This document shows, piece after piece, positions 11,712 through 25,500 of a stretch of DNA of 64,000 bases (positions are counted from its first letter, which is position 1; each line of letters starts with the position of its first letter). Below the pieces are notes generated by a model. That model was not told the origin of the DNA. It did no database searches and saw nothing but the letters and a program-made list of their open reading frames with translations. The position numbers and the translations under genes are program-made. Source of the DNA: Lama glama (Eukaryota); NCBI GenBank assembly GCA_028534125.1, contig JAPYYK010000093.1, forward strand, positions 992,001-1,056,000. The letters are read 5' to 3'.

Positions 11712-13545
11712 GCAGGAAAAATAGAGGCATAAAGATTCGAAATAAAGAAGTAAAGCTCTCTTTATTCACAGATAATGTTATTCTGAATGTAGAAAACTAC
11801 CAGAGCTGATGAGAAAATTTAGCAATGTCACAGAATACAGATTAATATATAAAAATCGATTGTAGTTTCAAAAACTAGTCATAAAATAGTAATCAACTAT
11901 AGGGAAATTAAAATTGTTTAAATTCTACTCTCAATAGAACCCCAAAACTAAAAAGACTAGGTGGGATTTAATGTAATGCTAGATGTTCTAGACTATAAAA
12001 TATTGCTAAGAAAAATTAAGACCTAAATAAATAGAAAGATATGCCATGATGATGGACCGAACATAATCAAGACAGTATGGTGTTGGCAATTATATAGACA
12101 ATCAATGGAAGAGAATAGAATCCAGTGATTTTTGATAAGAGTGCCCCAGCAATTCTGCAGGGAAAGAAATGTTTATTTTTCTTGAAGAATGCAGCTATCT
12201 AGATATCCATATGAAAATATAAATCTCAATCCTGAGCTCTCACCTTACTAAAAAATCAATTATAGATGGCTCATGGCCCCAAATGTAAAAGCATTTAAAA
12301 TTATACAGATTCTAGGAAAGGGGAAAAAATGAAGAATATGTTTGTGTCTTTGGGATAAGTAAAAATTTCTTAGAGAAAACATAGGAAACACTAATCATAA
12401 AAGTAACTAATGATAAATTGAATTTCAAAAAAATGAAAAACTGCTCATCAAAAGCACCATTATGAAAATGAGCAGGTAAGCCATAGTGCAGGAGAAAACA
12501 TTCCCAACTCATACCCTATGACAATGGCTGTGTATCCAGAGTACATCAAAATCTTCCACAACACAATAATAAAAAAGGCAAGCAACCCAATGTTTGAAAA
12601 TAGGCTTAAGACTTGAACAGGTATGTCAATGGCCAATAATCACATGAAAAAGCTCCCAACATCGTTAATCACCAGGAAAATGCAAACTAAAACTATAATG
12701 AAATACTAGCACATATCCATCAGAATGGCTAAGATAAAAAAGGCAAATAACACCAAATGATGAGGATGTGGAGTAACTGGAAGTCTCATAAATTGCTGAT
12801 GGTGGGGGAAGGATATAGCTCAGTGGTAGAGCGCATGCTTAGTGTGCATGAGGTCATGGGTTTGATCCCCAGTACCTCTGTTAAATAAAAAGAAAATAAT
12901 AAATAAGTAAACTTAGTTACTCCCCTCAGTCAATCAATCAGTCAATCAATCAGTTGCTGATGGGAATGCAAAATAATACAACCACTTTTGAAATCTAGCA
13001 GTTTCTCAGACAGTTAAACATACACTTAATGTTATTTCCAGAAATTTTACTAGGTATTTACTAGCCATTTCAGTCCTAAGTATTTACCCAAAAGAAATGA
13101 AAGCATATGTTCACACAAAGACTTATACATGAATGTTCATAGCAGCTTTTTTCATAATAGTCAAAAACTGGAGTCAAATAACCACCAAATTATGAATATT
13201 CATAAAATGGAATACTCTTCAGCAATAAAAAAAGGAAAGAACTACTACTGCAAAAACATGGATAAATCTCAAGGAAGCAAAAGAAACCAGACACAAAAAA
13301 GCTATTTACTTCCATGCTGAAATTCCATATAATTTCATTTATATGAACTTCTAGAATAGAAGTTATCATATCATCTATGATGATAGAAATCAGATCAGCA
13401 TTCTGTGATGAGGGGTTATTGGGGAGTTTCTAAGATGATGGGGTTGTTCTATGCCCTGACTGGGACCCTGGTTACATCGGTATATGCATTCATTTAAAAT
13501 GATTTAACTTTACATTTAAGATTTCACTTTATATCAATTATACCA
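11712..13545 (+). mobile_element. Old truncated LINE-1 (L1M-type) ORF2 3' part plus 3'UTR, decayed
   Basis: A-rich. RT-region remnant aaagctctctttattcacagataatg (KLSLFADD-like) and C-terminal/3'UTR hallmarks aaatgaaagcatatgttcacacaaagact and atggaatactcttcagcaataaaaa. Confidence 0.85.
12803..12953 (+). mobile_element. tRNA-Ala-derived SINE (vic-1-like, camelid) inserted into the L1
   Basis: Head nearly identical to tRNA-Ala(AGC): A box TAGCTCAGTGG, B box GGTTTGATCCC. A-rich and (CAAT)n tail. Target-site duplication TTGCTGATGG at 12793-12802 and 12954-12963. Confidence 0.88.
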
Positions 13546-16500
13546 AAGAATCAAACTTTGGAAGTTACTTGTTTGACCATAAGTGACCAACTGACAAACC
13601 TATGGACTGTTTTTAAAGCCCACCACAAACCCAGTGCTACTTCTTGTGGAAACCAAGGTGTGGACTCAGATGAAATGTGGATGTGGTCTGGAGGTGTTGG
13701 GTAAATTAGGCCTGGGAGCATACTGCATGTTTTCGATCTGATTATTCATCAGGTCCAAGCCAGGCCTTGACTACTGGACTCAGAATCTCAGTCCTGGAAA
13801 GCAGGAGTTGCTGTAGATATGTGCTGGGGCAGGTGAACAAGGACTGCCAGGGGATGAGGCTCTAACAGGGGGCTAAAGGCTTTCCCTCTTTGGACCAGGA
13901 CCAGATGTACCCTCAGGGTTGGTTTTGTGCTTGGGAGGTAGCCCTTGGCCCTTACCCAATCTGAAGATTTCTCAGCCCTGTCAACTGGTCCTGGAGTCAG
14001 GGGGTGATTCAAGTTTAGGGGTATGTGTGTGGCCTTCAGAGAAAAGGAATCCATCTCCTGCCTCCACCTATTCTCTCTTTCCTCCAGGCTGGCTGCTGGC
14101 CTCTCAAGACTGTTTTCTTCTGGCTCCCTGGACCTTAAACTTTTGATTGTTAGAAACGCTGCTGAGTAAGTGGCGGACAACCCTCAATGCACTGCAGAGG
14201 CCTTGGCAGAGCATAGGAGCATCTGGCCTCCTGGCTGCCCCAACCCTCTCTGTCAATCAGATACCACTTCCCCTCCCCTCCTCACAGTATAAATGGTCCA
14301 GGGCCCACCACTCCCTCCAGCTGAGTTGGAGTATCTCAATTCTTGAAGCAGCAGGTTCTGTGGTTATGATGTTCTCACACTGAATCCTCCTGAGAACCGG
14401 ATGAGTATCATTGTGGCCATTTTACAGTGAGGAAACTGAGATTCCAAAGAGAGGAAGAAACTTGTCCAGGATGGTGCACAGCAGCCAGCCCCAGAGCTCC
14501 AGGTGTTTCCTGACACCAACCCCCCTTCTCTATACCAGGAGAGATCAGTGGCTATAATCCTTGAGGATTATAAGGCTGAGGAAGGATTATAATCCTTGAG
14601 GAAAAGGGCTGACCTTTAACCTTCTGCAAAGCCTAGAATCGGCAGTGCCAGACCTAGGACCATGACATCCAGGTAACTGGACTCTGAGAATGAAACATCA
14701 GAAGCCCTGAAGCTGAAATCCACAAGCTCCTCTAGGCCTCTCTAGTCCCAATGCCCTCCTCCCTTACCCTCAAATTTAGGACCATATCCAGGGAGCCTTC
14801 TTTTGTTCACAGCTCCCACTAATAACCTTGAATGACCTTGGATGAGTCAACTGACCTCTGATTACCTTCATCATAGAAGGCAGCACCTGGTTGCCTGCTC
14901 TTTTCCTAAATTTCTTCATATCCACTGCATCTCTGTCTCCTCCAGGCAGCCCTCCTATCTTCAAGTGGGCAGGATTTATTCCACCTAATTAGCTCTATGA
15001 GAAAACCCACTAGACCACCATAATAACAAAAGGAAGAAAATTTACCAGGGTTAGGACCTGAAGGGCAGGTATGAGAAGTGGGGTGCCTATCCTGGGGAGA
15101 ATACCTTGGGGACAACTCACCCCTTGGCAGTGCTCCCAGCCCAGGTCCCTGGCCTGCATTGACTCATGGGCTAGAGAGAGTAGGGCCTTGTCTCCTGCTG
15201 GCTGAGATTATGGTGCATGGTTACTGCTGAGAATCTCTGTACAGCCCACCCTCTAGGATTTCCCACCAGAGAATTTCCATAATTCCAACAAGACTGAACC
15301 CCATTTACGGGAGCTCACTAGGAGGAATTGATCCTCTCTCTCCTGGGACCCAGAAGACAGGCCCTATCTTTATAGAATCTATCTCCAGAGGTGAGTTATA
15401 TCTTATTGCTATTTCTCCAAGTGGACATAAACACAGCTACTGGTTTTCCTGATGTTAACAGCCCCAGCAAGCTTTGCATCCACAGTTTAGTGAGTTCAAT
15501 TTATTGCTAACAATAAGGTATTAAAGCCATCTCAGGGGCAGATGGTGCATTTGTAGATTTGAGGGCCAGGTGAGGGTAGTTGATTCACATCTAGCCAAGC
15601 TACCCTGAGCCCTGGGCAAGACCCTAGGCAGTCGGTAGCAGAGCCTATAGAAAGGCTCCAAAAAGCCCAATTTCCTGGGGCCCCATAAGGCTGTTTACAT
15701 GCTCACCTTCTGTTCAAGGGAGGCTGGACCAGCACTCTCCAGGCATACTGCACTCATTTTTGCTCCTCAGATATTTGAAGGTCTTTTCAGCCCCAGGGCC
15801 TTTGCACTTGCTATTCTCTCTGCCTGGGATACCCTGCCTTCTGCTCTTCTTGTCATTCATCCTCAACTGAGTCTCCTCTTCACAGAGACTTTCCCTGAAC
15901 CTCATATTCCTGTTGGTTATCCCATTTTGGTTATGGACTCTGTCATTAAAGAAGGAGTTTCGTCTGCTTAGGTTGCCCCAGCCAATAGTCCAAGGAGGCT
16001 TGTTCACAGTAGGTACTTGAGGCCAGACCATTGCCTCATCTGGCTGATGTGGTGACCAACCCTGTGCCCCACAGTCCCTGGATACCTTCATGACCATGTG
16101 AGGAGTTCTCTGGACGTGCCTTGGCTGCCTCCTCTGCCTTGCTATCTCCCTCAGTGGCCTACTGACAGGGACCTGCAGGAAGAGAGAGGTCTCCAGGGCA
16201 GGTGGGCAGGCTCACTTAAATGGGGGCTCTGACTGCAGCTTTTCCCAGGAAGACAGCCTCCTTTCTGAAGACTTTTAGCCTACAACTCAACATTTCCCAA
16301 TACACCATCTAACCCCACAGTCTCTCGAGTGAGGTGACATTTTCCAGGACCTATGATATGCCAAGAGTTCTTCAGGGCATCATTCCTTACCTTTCAGTCT
16401 CATAATCCAGGCGGCAAGTGTCGTTGTCCTCGTGTTCTAATGAGGAGATGGGCTCAGAGAAGTTAAGGGGGTTGTCAAAGGTCACAGATCAAAGCTGGAA

Positions 16501-19500
16501 TGGGGTCCCAGGCTTTGCAACCCAGCCCACCTTCCATCTCATCTACAAGGGAATGTCCTGACCTTAAACCCTGCTGGGAGGTACCTGGCACTCCCTGCCC
16601 AGGTTCAGGGGGCAAAGAGAATGGGAGGTTCCCCTGAAGGGCCCTTCCTCTAGCAGCCCAGGACACAGAAGATCCAGAGAAGGGACAGGCAGGCTTGTGA
16701 CACCACCAGCCAGGCCAGGTTAGGGAAGGGACCTGGTAGGGCTGGGACTCTTTGGGCAGGGACAGCATTTCTGTTAGGGAGGGGATCACAGAGCCCCATG
16801 TTCTTGGGTTCAGACCCTGGCCCTGCCACTCACCACATAGGGACCTGGGCACTTTATCCCAGTGCCACTCGAGCCTCAGTGACTTCATCTGCAAGATCGC
16901 CATAAACCCTGCCTAGGAGGGCTATCGGAAGGACAGAAATGTAAAGGAGGTCATGTATGAGACACTTTGGCACACTCTGGGTGCTCAAAACATGGGCTCC
17001 AAGGATTGACTGGGGTAAACCAGGTTCAGAGTTGAGTAGGCCTGCCCCTCACCCTTCCCTTGGTGGGCTCTGAGCGCCCAGGTGGGGAGACATGGCCCAT
17101 GAGTCGAGGTCCCATCAACTGAAAGCTAGGCTGCCCTAGGGAGGGTCTCCACACTGGGGGCTACTCCCGAGGGCAGCTGAAGGGCCTACCTTGCTCCTGC
17201 ACAGAGAAGCTGTCAGGTCTGACAGCTGACTGGTCTCCCTGTCTTGCTGTGAACATAGCTGAAGCCTAGGGGTGGGAATAGGGGATAGTATGCTTTATCC
17301 ACACAGCCCCTGCAGCAGGGGCAGGTTTTAGGGGATAAGGTAGGCTCCCCTTTGCCCAACTTTCTCTCAATTCCCCACCAGAAAGAGGAAAGCAACCCTG
17401 CCTAAGAGAGCCATTCTCACCCTGTCAGCCCTGCTCCCTGGTTGGCACTCCGCAGCAGCCCAGCAGACAGTATAGGCAACTGTTGTCCACCTGTCCCCAG
17501 TAGTCTGGACATTCTGAGGACAGGAGCAATGGGAGAAAGAATAATCTTGAAGCCACTTTGCCATGTCAGAACCCTGTCATGGAACTTGGCAAGCTACTTC
17601 ATCATGCTGAGCCTTGGTTTCCCATCTGTAAAATGGAATCATAATGCCTACCTACAGGATTTGAGATACATTTTGTTAAGTGTCTAGTTCAGTGGTCTGT
17701 ACACTTTTGAAAAGCACACAAGCTCTTATTCAAATCAAATCTCAGGAGAAACTCCAATATAAAAAACAGCTCTGTTGGAAGCAGGGGTGGCGGGCCCTAG
17801 GACTCCCCTGCCACACCCTGAGGGTCCAGGGAGTCCAGTGTAAAAAGATGCAACTATTTTCAGGAGCCACCTGAAAAGGCTGTACCAGTAGGAAGTAGAC
17901 AGACTGACAAGCTAGCATCAAAAGCCAGGTATATCTCTAGGGGAGGCAGATGTGGATATGGGGAGGAGGGACTGCTTCACTCCTGAGGTCCCCATCCTCC
18001 AGGAGATGGGATGAGGAAATGAGAGACTTCCTTGCCATGGCTGCCTCTCACTCATTAAGCAGACTTGTTCTCCATATGGCACGTCCCATTCCTGCCTCCT
18101 TTTGTTGCCTCACCCTTTACCCGCCAGCTGGAATGCCCTTTTCCCAAATCTTCGTCTATCCAAATTTGCCCTTCAAATTCACGTGCCATCACCTCTCGGA
18201 AGCCCTGTATGTTTATCACCAGTCAAAAGCAGCATTCCTTCCTCTGACCTCCTCTGCCTAAGAGATTGAGGGCTGTCTCCCCCTCTGTAAGATGGGAGAG
18301 TGAGGACTCAATGAGATGGTCCAGGTGATCCCGTACAGTCCTAGAGTATAACGGGCACTCAGTAAACAAGCTATTCATTATGATGTTGTGGTCTTCCCCT
18401 CCACCCAGGCAGGACCACAGCTCCCTCAGGCTGTGGCACACAGTAGGCATCTACTAAATACTCATCAGGTGACCAGCAGGTGGCCCCATACCCCAATTAA
18501 CCTGCCCTGACCAGGTGCTCTGAGTCCCAGGAAACTGGTTCCCTTGAGTCACTGGCTGCCTTCTCCTGGTCAGGGGAACTGGAGAGAGGGCAGACCTGGC
18601 AGAGTCTTGGCAGCTGGGCAGACTAGCAGACACTTGGGCTGCATTGATGACCACCGCCTTTGGGTTTGGCCACCCTTTCCCTTCTCCACTGAAGCCTTGC
18701 CCCGCCCTTGTGAGGATTACTCCTATATTAAGAGATAAGAAAACTGAGGCCCAGCAAAGTGCACTTTCTGCCTGAGACCACAGAGTATACTCCTAATCCA
18801 GGAAGCAATGGCAGCGTGTCTATCAAGGGTGCCCAGAGCATCTGGCCCTGATTAATCATTGTCTCATTTTATTGATGGAGAACCTCAAAAAGAGGAACTC
18901 CCTTGTCCACAGCTTCGTGTAAACCAAAACTCAGATCTGGCCCTAAACTGAATAATCCCAGCCCACCCCACACACAGGGTGGGAGGTGGGCTTCCCAGAC
19001 CCTTCTCTGCCTGCTGGCCTCGATTCCAAGAGGTGAACATGCTGGCTGCCCAGAGGGACAAAGGGAAGAATTTTAACCTGCCAGGAATGGGGACAGCTGT
19101 GAGGACTCACTAGGGATGCAAAAGCTCATCCAAGGCAGCCAGGTCTGAAGACAGCTCCCCGGGCCTGTGCCCTCTCTGCATGCCTGCCAGAGAGAGAGAA
19201 TTTCAAGTAGGTCTGGAATCATCGAGATCCCTGCAGAGGTTGCGGCAGGATGCATTTTGAGGCTCAATTCTGCCGCTGCAGTGGAGGGGCTGAATCGAGG
19301 GTGGAGAGGGGCTGGTGTGGAATAGCAATGAGCCAGGCCTCTGGAAGCCAGCCAGCACCAGGTTTGCAAGACAGAGAACTCTGCTGTCAGCTGGGTCAGG
19401 GGGAGCATCACTGGGAAGAAACCCCCGCCACACATGCACACATACAAATACATGTGCACTCACGTGCACACACATGTGAATACACCTCTAATGGGTTGTT

Positions 19501-21559
19501 TACCAAAAGCTCCCATGGAAGCCACATGAAACCTGTGCAAACACCTGTATCTAAATAGGCTAATGTGCACGTGTAGCCCCTTGGCTTCTTAGCTCACCTG
19601 ATACCAGCTAATTGTCAGGGTTTGCTCCCATTTCACAGACAGCCACATTGAGGCCCCAGAGTGTGACTCAGCCAGGCATCCAGCCTCCCAGGTCTGACTC
19701 GTGAGAGTTGCACCTGATGCCAGAAATCAGCAGGGCTGGGCTTGTCCCTGGGCTAGTTTCCTCATGGGCTCTTGGATGTGGCCAAGCAGATGAGGGAGAT
19801 ACGGGAGTGAACTTCCCATCCTCTGCTAACTACCTCTGCTGCACCCCTCCCCACCTAGTCACAGGAGAGGCCATGCCCTCCCCAACAACAGCCAGGGGCC
19901 AAGTATGGCCAATAAGAATCCTTCCCTGGGGCTGGCGTGCAGACACCTGAGCAGATGCCTCCCTGCTGGGAATGCTGAACCTCTGGTCCTCATGTGGGAA
20001 CGGTCCAGGCTGGCCCTCAGCAGAGGCACAGCCAGGCAGAGCTGAGGGGCGCACAGAGCCCCTCTGTCCCTGAGGCCTGGTCCCTGCAGTTCTGCCTTTA
20101 ACCCTGCAGTCTATCAGGCAGACTTCCCAGCCACTGCAGCATAAATACCTTCTTTGCCTTAAACCACATAATGACACCTTCTCAAGCCAAATCCTCCTTT
20201 CACAGACCGTATCAAGCCCATGATTGAACACGTATTTGTGTGGTATTTTGTCCTTCTCCCTCACGAGTGTAAACTCCCCGAGGTGAGACTCTGTGCACAG
20301 CGTCCACTGCTGCCTCCCGTGCACCCAGCAGTCTCAGGCAGTGGCCACTCAGCAGCCAAGTGAAGGAGTCAGTTGGCAACTCTGCAGCTTTGTGACTAGG
20401 TAGAATCACCTGCCTTTGCATCTGCCCTGTGTTTTACTGGGCAAAGTACATGTTGAGGGTCAGTCTGAACCACAGACTCCGTGAAGGCCCCAGAATTCAT
20501 TTGGGGAGCCCAGGAGCCCTTCAGAAGGGTGGGCCACCGTCCTTGAAGCCTGAAGCCGGAATCAACGTCCAGGAGGCCCATATGATGTTGCTTTGGAGAG
20601 CAGGCCTTTGGGAGTGAGACCCCATGGGTGGAGAGAGCCTAATTTTCTGGGTGGAAAGTCCCAGAGGTAGATTTGATGCTGGCTGCTTTTTTTCTGAGCA
20701 ACTTCAGGTACTTCCCTCCTTCCTGACAGCTAAGTATGCTGGGGTGGCAAATGGGTGCTGGGCACGAGCCATGTACCAGGCACCCCACCAAGTACTTCAC
20801 ACACATCATCTGCCCAGATCCCCCAGATGACTCCCCAGGGTGGGCACTACCATCCCCACTACACCCTTGAGGAGTGTGAGGCGGGGAAGCTGGGAGACTT
20901 GTCCAAGGTCGGCAGGCTAGGAAGCAGCATCCTCTCAGATGCGCTTGCCTGTCCCTGCCTTCTAACATGTTCGTACCCTCCCCCACACCCTGGGGGGAAT
21001 GGAGGGGGAGGCGGGGGCTGTGGGTGCCAGATGAGCTCTTGGGAAACTGGGAGGACAGGGGCTGGGGGAATATGCCACAGTTAGGGCCCCCCCAAGGCTG
21101 CCCGCAAGGGCTCCCAAGGGCTGAGGGTGCTCTGTCGCTGGAGTCGTCAAAAGACAGGTTCCAGCGTCCCGCCTCCTCCCCTCCTCGACATTCTCGCTGC
21201 CAAATGAAATCTGGCAGCTTCTGAAAATAGCTCAGCGTTGCAGCAGGCGCTCTGCCCGCCCTTCAGCAGGCTGGCACACAGCTGGGGGTGGCCACTGTGG
21301 GCAGACACTGGTGCACACCAGGCCGGGGGCGGGTGTCACACACTCAGTGCACCGGAGCGGCGCAGAGCAGCTGCCATCCCTCAGCTCCTCTGACCTCTCC
21401 ATACCTGCTGAGACCAGGGTGGCCCTGGAGTCAGCCTGGCATGTTTACCAGGCCTGAGGCACCCTCTGCAGCAGGAGTGAAACCACTAGTGGGTATGGGC
21501 ACAAGCCCTTGGGCCACTTTTGTCCACTCATATAGACAGAGAGAAACCCAGGGACCAGG

Positions 21560-22850
21560 GGAAAATGCCAAAATGTCGTTTATTAATATTTGGATGTAAA
21601 ACCCAGCAGTGTTAGTGTTGCCCTATCTAAGGTGGTCTAGGGTTTCCCAGCCAGTGAGAGAAGGACTGGGAGCCAGGAACCAAGCTGGGTGTCAGGCACT
21701 TGCCGGGCCCACATCAGGCATTCAGCACCCTGAGGCTATGTGGGCAGCATGGGACTAGGTGAGCCTGGACCAGAAAGAAGGGGCCTTCTCCACTCTGACT
21801 CAGGCCAAAGCCAGGACTAGACCTTCTAAGCATCACAGAGCAGCCTTCTGCTGCCTCGGGTCTGACCTGGATAAAGAGACTCCTGATTAACGGGAGCCTC
21901 TTGGCTCTGCCTCCAGCCATCCACTCTCACAGATGTACACTAGGAGACAACCCCTGCCATCACCTAGGACCAACCAAGAGTACAGGATGAGCCATTAAGG
22001 AGAGAGGCTTTCCTTTCTGGGATCCGATGAGCAGGTTAGGGCAGGGAAACTGCACTGGCTTTTGTCACAGTGACGTTCTCCAAAATAAAAAAGGGTTAAA
22101 AATACTTCCTACCCTCAGTTGAGATGAGAGGCCACTCTTTGGGTAGAGGGCGTAGTAACAGGGTGGCTGGGCCCAGGGGCTCTATGGAAGGAGAATTCCA
22201 AGGGCCCTGTGGGATGCGGTTGCAGCAAGACAGGGCTGGACCACCCCGGGAGGCTGGCAGACTGACCCTGTGTCCTCAGTGAGACCAAAGAGGGGTGAGT
22301 CTGAGCGGGGCAAGCAGCGTGAGGGAGAGCAGCCTCCCCAAGAAGGCGCACAGACCCTCAATTGCCCCTTCTCCCTCCCTTGCTCACTCACTCAGCATTC
22401 AGAGACAGCAACCGTGTCCCTGGTCACCATGACAACCAGTGACCGGATGCCTTTGCCAAGGCCGGGCCCATCTGCCCACCCTACAGGGAACTGTTTCCAC
22501 AGAAGGAGGGAAGCCCAGCCACAACTCCCAGTGGCCTAGAAGTCTAAGGCCATGCCCCAGGACCACAGAGCCACAGTTCATTCAGGCCACTCTGGCCAAA
22601 GGCACAGCAGCTGTAGCAGGTCGCTCCCTAGCCCCCAGGCTTTGGCCCTTCTCTAGGGCCTCAACCTAGGCTGGGACCCTGAAGGACTGGGGTCACAGTC
22701 CCCCATCCTGAAGTTCCAAGTAACAAATTAAAACACAATAAAATAACTCTTTTGTTTAAAAAATGACCCTGGGCTCTCCAGGTCAAGGCTTCCGCACACT
22801 CCACTGTGTCCTCCAGACTGAGAGGCCCTGCTCCTCCATGACCCCATGAG
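21560..22850 (-). other. MAPKAPK3: MAPKAPK3 3'UTR
   Basis: Runs from the stop codon at 22851 to AATAAA at 21584-21579. The 3' end is approximate. Confidence 0.75.
21579..21584 (-). terminator. MAPKAPK3: MAPKAPK3 polyadenylation signal AATAAA
   Basis: tttatt on the plus strand, followed on the minus strand by a U/GU-rich tract. Confidence 0.75.
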
Positions 22851-23003
22851 CTACTGATTACTGCAGCCCTGCGAGGCCGAGGAGCCGCCTGCCTGCTTCT
22901 TCCTCCTCTTGTTGAGGAGCCGGTTGTTAGAGGTCTTCAGGTCCTTGATCTTCACCTGGTCGTAGTCCACACGCATGGTCGCCAGGGCGCTGGTCATTTC
23001 CTC
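22851..23003 (-). CDS. MAPKAPK3: MAPKAPK3 coding exon 10 (EEMTSALATMRVDYDQVKIKDLKTSNNRLLNKRRKKQAGGSSASQGCSNQ*), containing NES, NLS and p38 docking region
   Basis: Translated manually; cag acceptor; TAG at 22853-22851. Confidence 0.97.
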   Translation of the reverse strand, partial: EEMTSALATMRVDYDQVKIKDLKTSNNRLLNKRRKKQAGGSSASQGCSNQ

Positions 23004-23641
23004 CTGGGGACGGGTGTGGGGGAAGATCAGTATATACTGACCTCAAGAGCCATCACCCTCCTGTCTGGATAGCCCCTTAATTATGTCAGTGACAGCCTTT
23101 GCTGCCCGAGGGCCTCCTGTATACCTTGCCACCCTTTTGCCTCACTTAATCCTCACTAGTCCCTTGCAGCAGACTCTGAGCTTATCCACTAAGGCACAGA
23201 AAGTACAGTGAATCCCTGGGACCACCAAGGATAAGTAGGACAGGGACTTGGACCAATGTCACCTGCTCAGAACCACAAGGCCCACAGGGAATGCCATCTT
23301 GCTGTGCACCCAGGGCACTAGGACCCAAAGATTGTGCCCTGGGTGCCCTGGCTCTGAGTTGCTGTGCCATATGCTCAAATCTGGCCTCTGCTGAGTTTAA
23401 AACCATGCTGACCACACTCTCAATGTTGCAGATTATAATAGGGGTTGTGGCCAAAGCTTGGGGCAAAAGCCCCTTCACTGAGTCCCTGGCCCGCTTCATT
23501 GAGGGAGCAAGCCCAGAGCACTACCCTGAATGGGGTAGCAGCCCAGTGCTCTGAGTGCCAAGATTGGATCACTGGTGCAGTCACTGACACCTTGTGTCAA
23601 TGGGAGAGGGGGCGGAAGACCCAGGTTCTAGGTGGTCATTA

Positions 23642-23863
<222 letters not shown>

Positions 23864-23934
23864 TCAGATGGGGAAACCAAGGCCCCAGGGGGTGAAGGAG
23901 CCTGATAGGAGCAGTGAGGGACAAAGGCAAGTCA

Positions 23935-24252
<318 letters not shown>

Positions 24253-24278
24253 TTAATAACTGCTTCCTGTCTTGTTTT

Positions 24279-24420
24279 CTTAATTTGTATTTTTTGGGGG
24301 AGACGTAATTAAGTTTATTTATTTATTTTTAATGGATACCAGGGACTGAACTGAGGACCTCGTGCATGCTAAGCACACATTCTTACCACTGAGCTATTAC
24401 CGCCCTACCCCACCCTCTTT
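24279..24420 (-). mobile_element. tRNA-Ala-derived SINE (vic-1-like), intronic
   Basis: Reverse complement reads ...tagctcagtggtaagaatgtgtgcttagcatgcacgaggtcctcagttcagtccc... with an A-rich tail. Target-site duplication TCTTGTTTT at 24270-24278 and 24421-24429. Confidence 0.85.
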
Positions 24421-24713
24421 TCTTGTTTTAAGTGTTCAGGGTAATTTGTGAAGCAGCAATAGATAAATGATAAAGGCAGACTTGTTTGTGGTCCTGAAAG
24501 GGAAAATATGGATGAAAGACACAGTTAGGGGAAGTTTTGAGGAGGGAGGTTTTGAGCCCATTTGGTAGACATAAAAATTGAGTTTCAGAAAGGTTAGGTG
24601 ACTTGCCTAGGGTCACAGCTGAGATGTGGGGGAGCTAGCATCAGGTCAAAAAAGTGGTCTCTCCCAGAAGGAAGGCTGGTGGGGTCTGGTGGAGAAGCTG
24701 GAGCAAAGGTTCA

Positions 24714-24860
<147 letters not shown>

Positions 24861-25185
24861 TCATTCAGCACAGGTATGGGGGCAGTGCCAGGGTGGACCC
24901 CTTCTCCTCCCCAAGACCCTGACTGGGGAGACAGACAGCCAGACACCACGGCAACAATACCAGGCCTCTCAAGTCTGGGGTTCATCCCAGGAACACCATC
25001 TGCCCTTGGCCTGGGGAGGCCTTCAGGCAGCCTGAAGGAGGGGTGTCCCATGACCAGAGGGAAGGCCAACCTACATGAAGTGTGACCTGCTTAAGCCCCT
25101 CACCAAGGGTGGCGGGTGGTGGGGCAGAAGTGGTACTGAGGGTACATGGGGGTGGGGGTGCAGGAGTCAGAGGTGGTTATACTCA

Positions 25186-25500
<315 letters not shown>

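Noticed and set aside
12803-12880. Functional tRNA-Ala gene
   Set aside because: The anticodon and B box are mutated, and it is followed by an A-rich tail and flanked by a target-site duplication, so it is a SINE.
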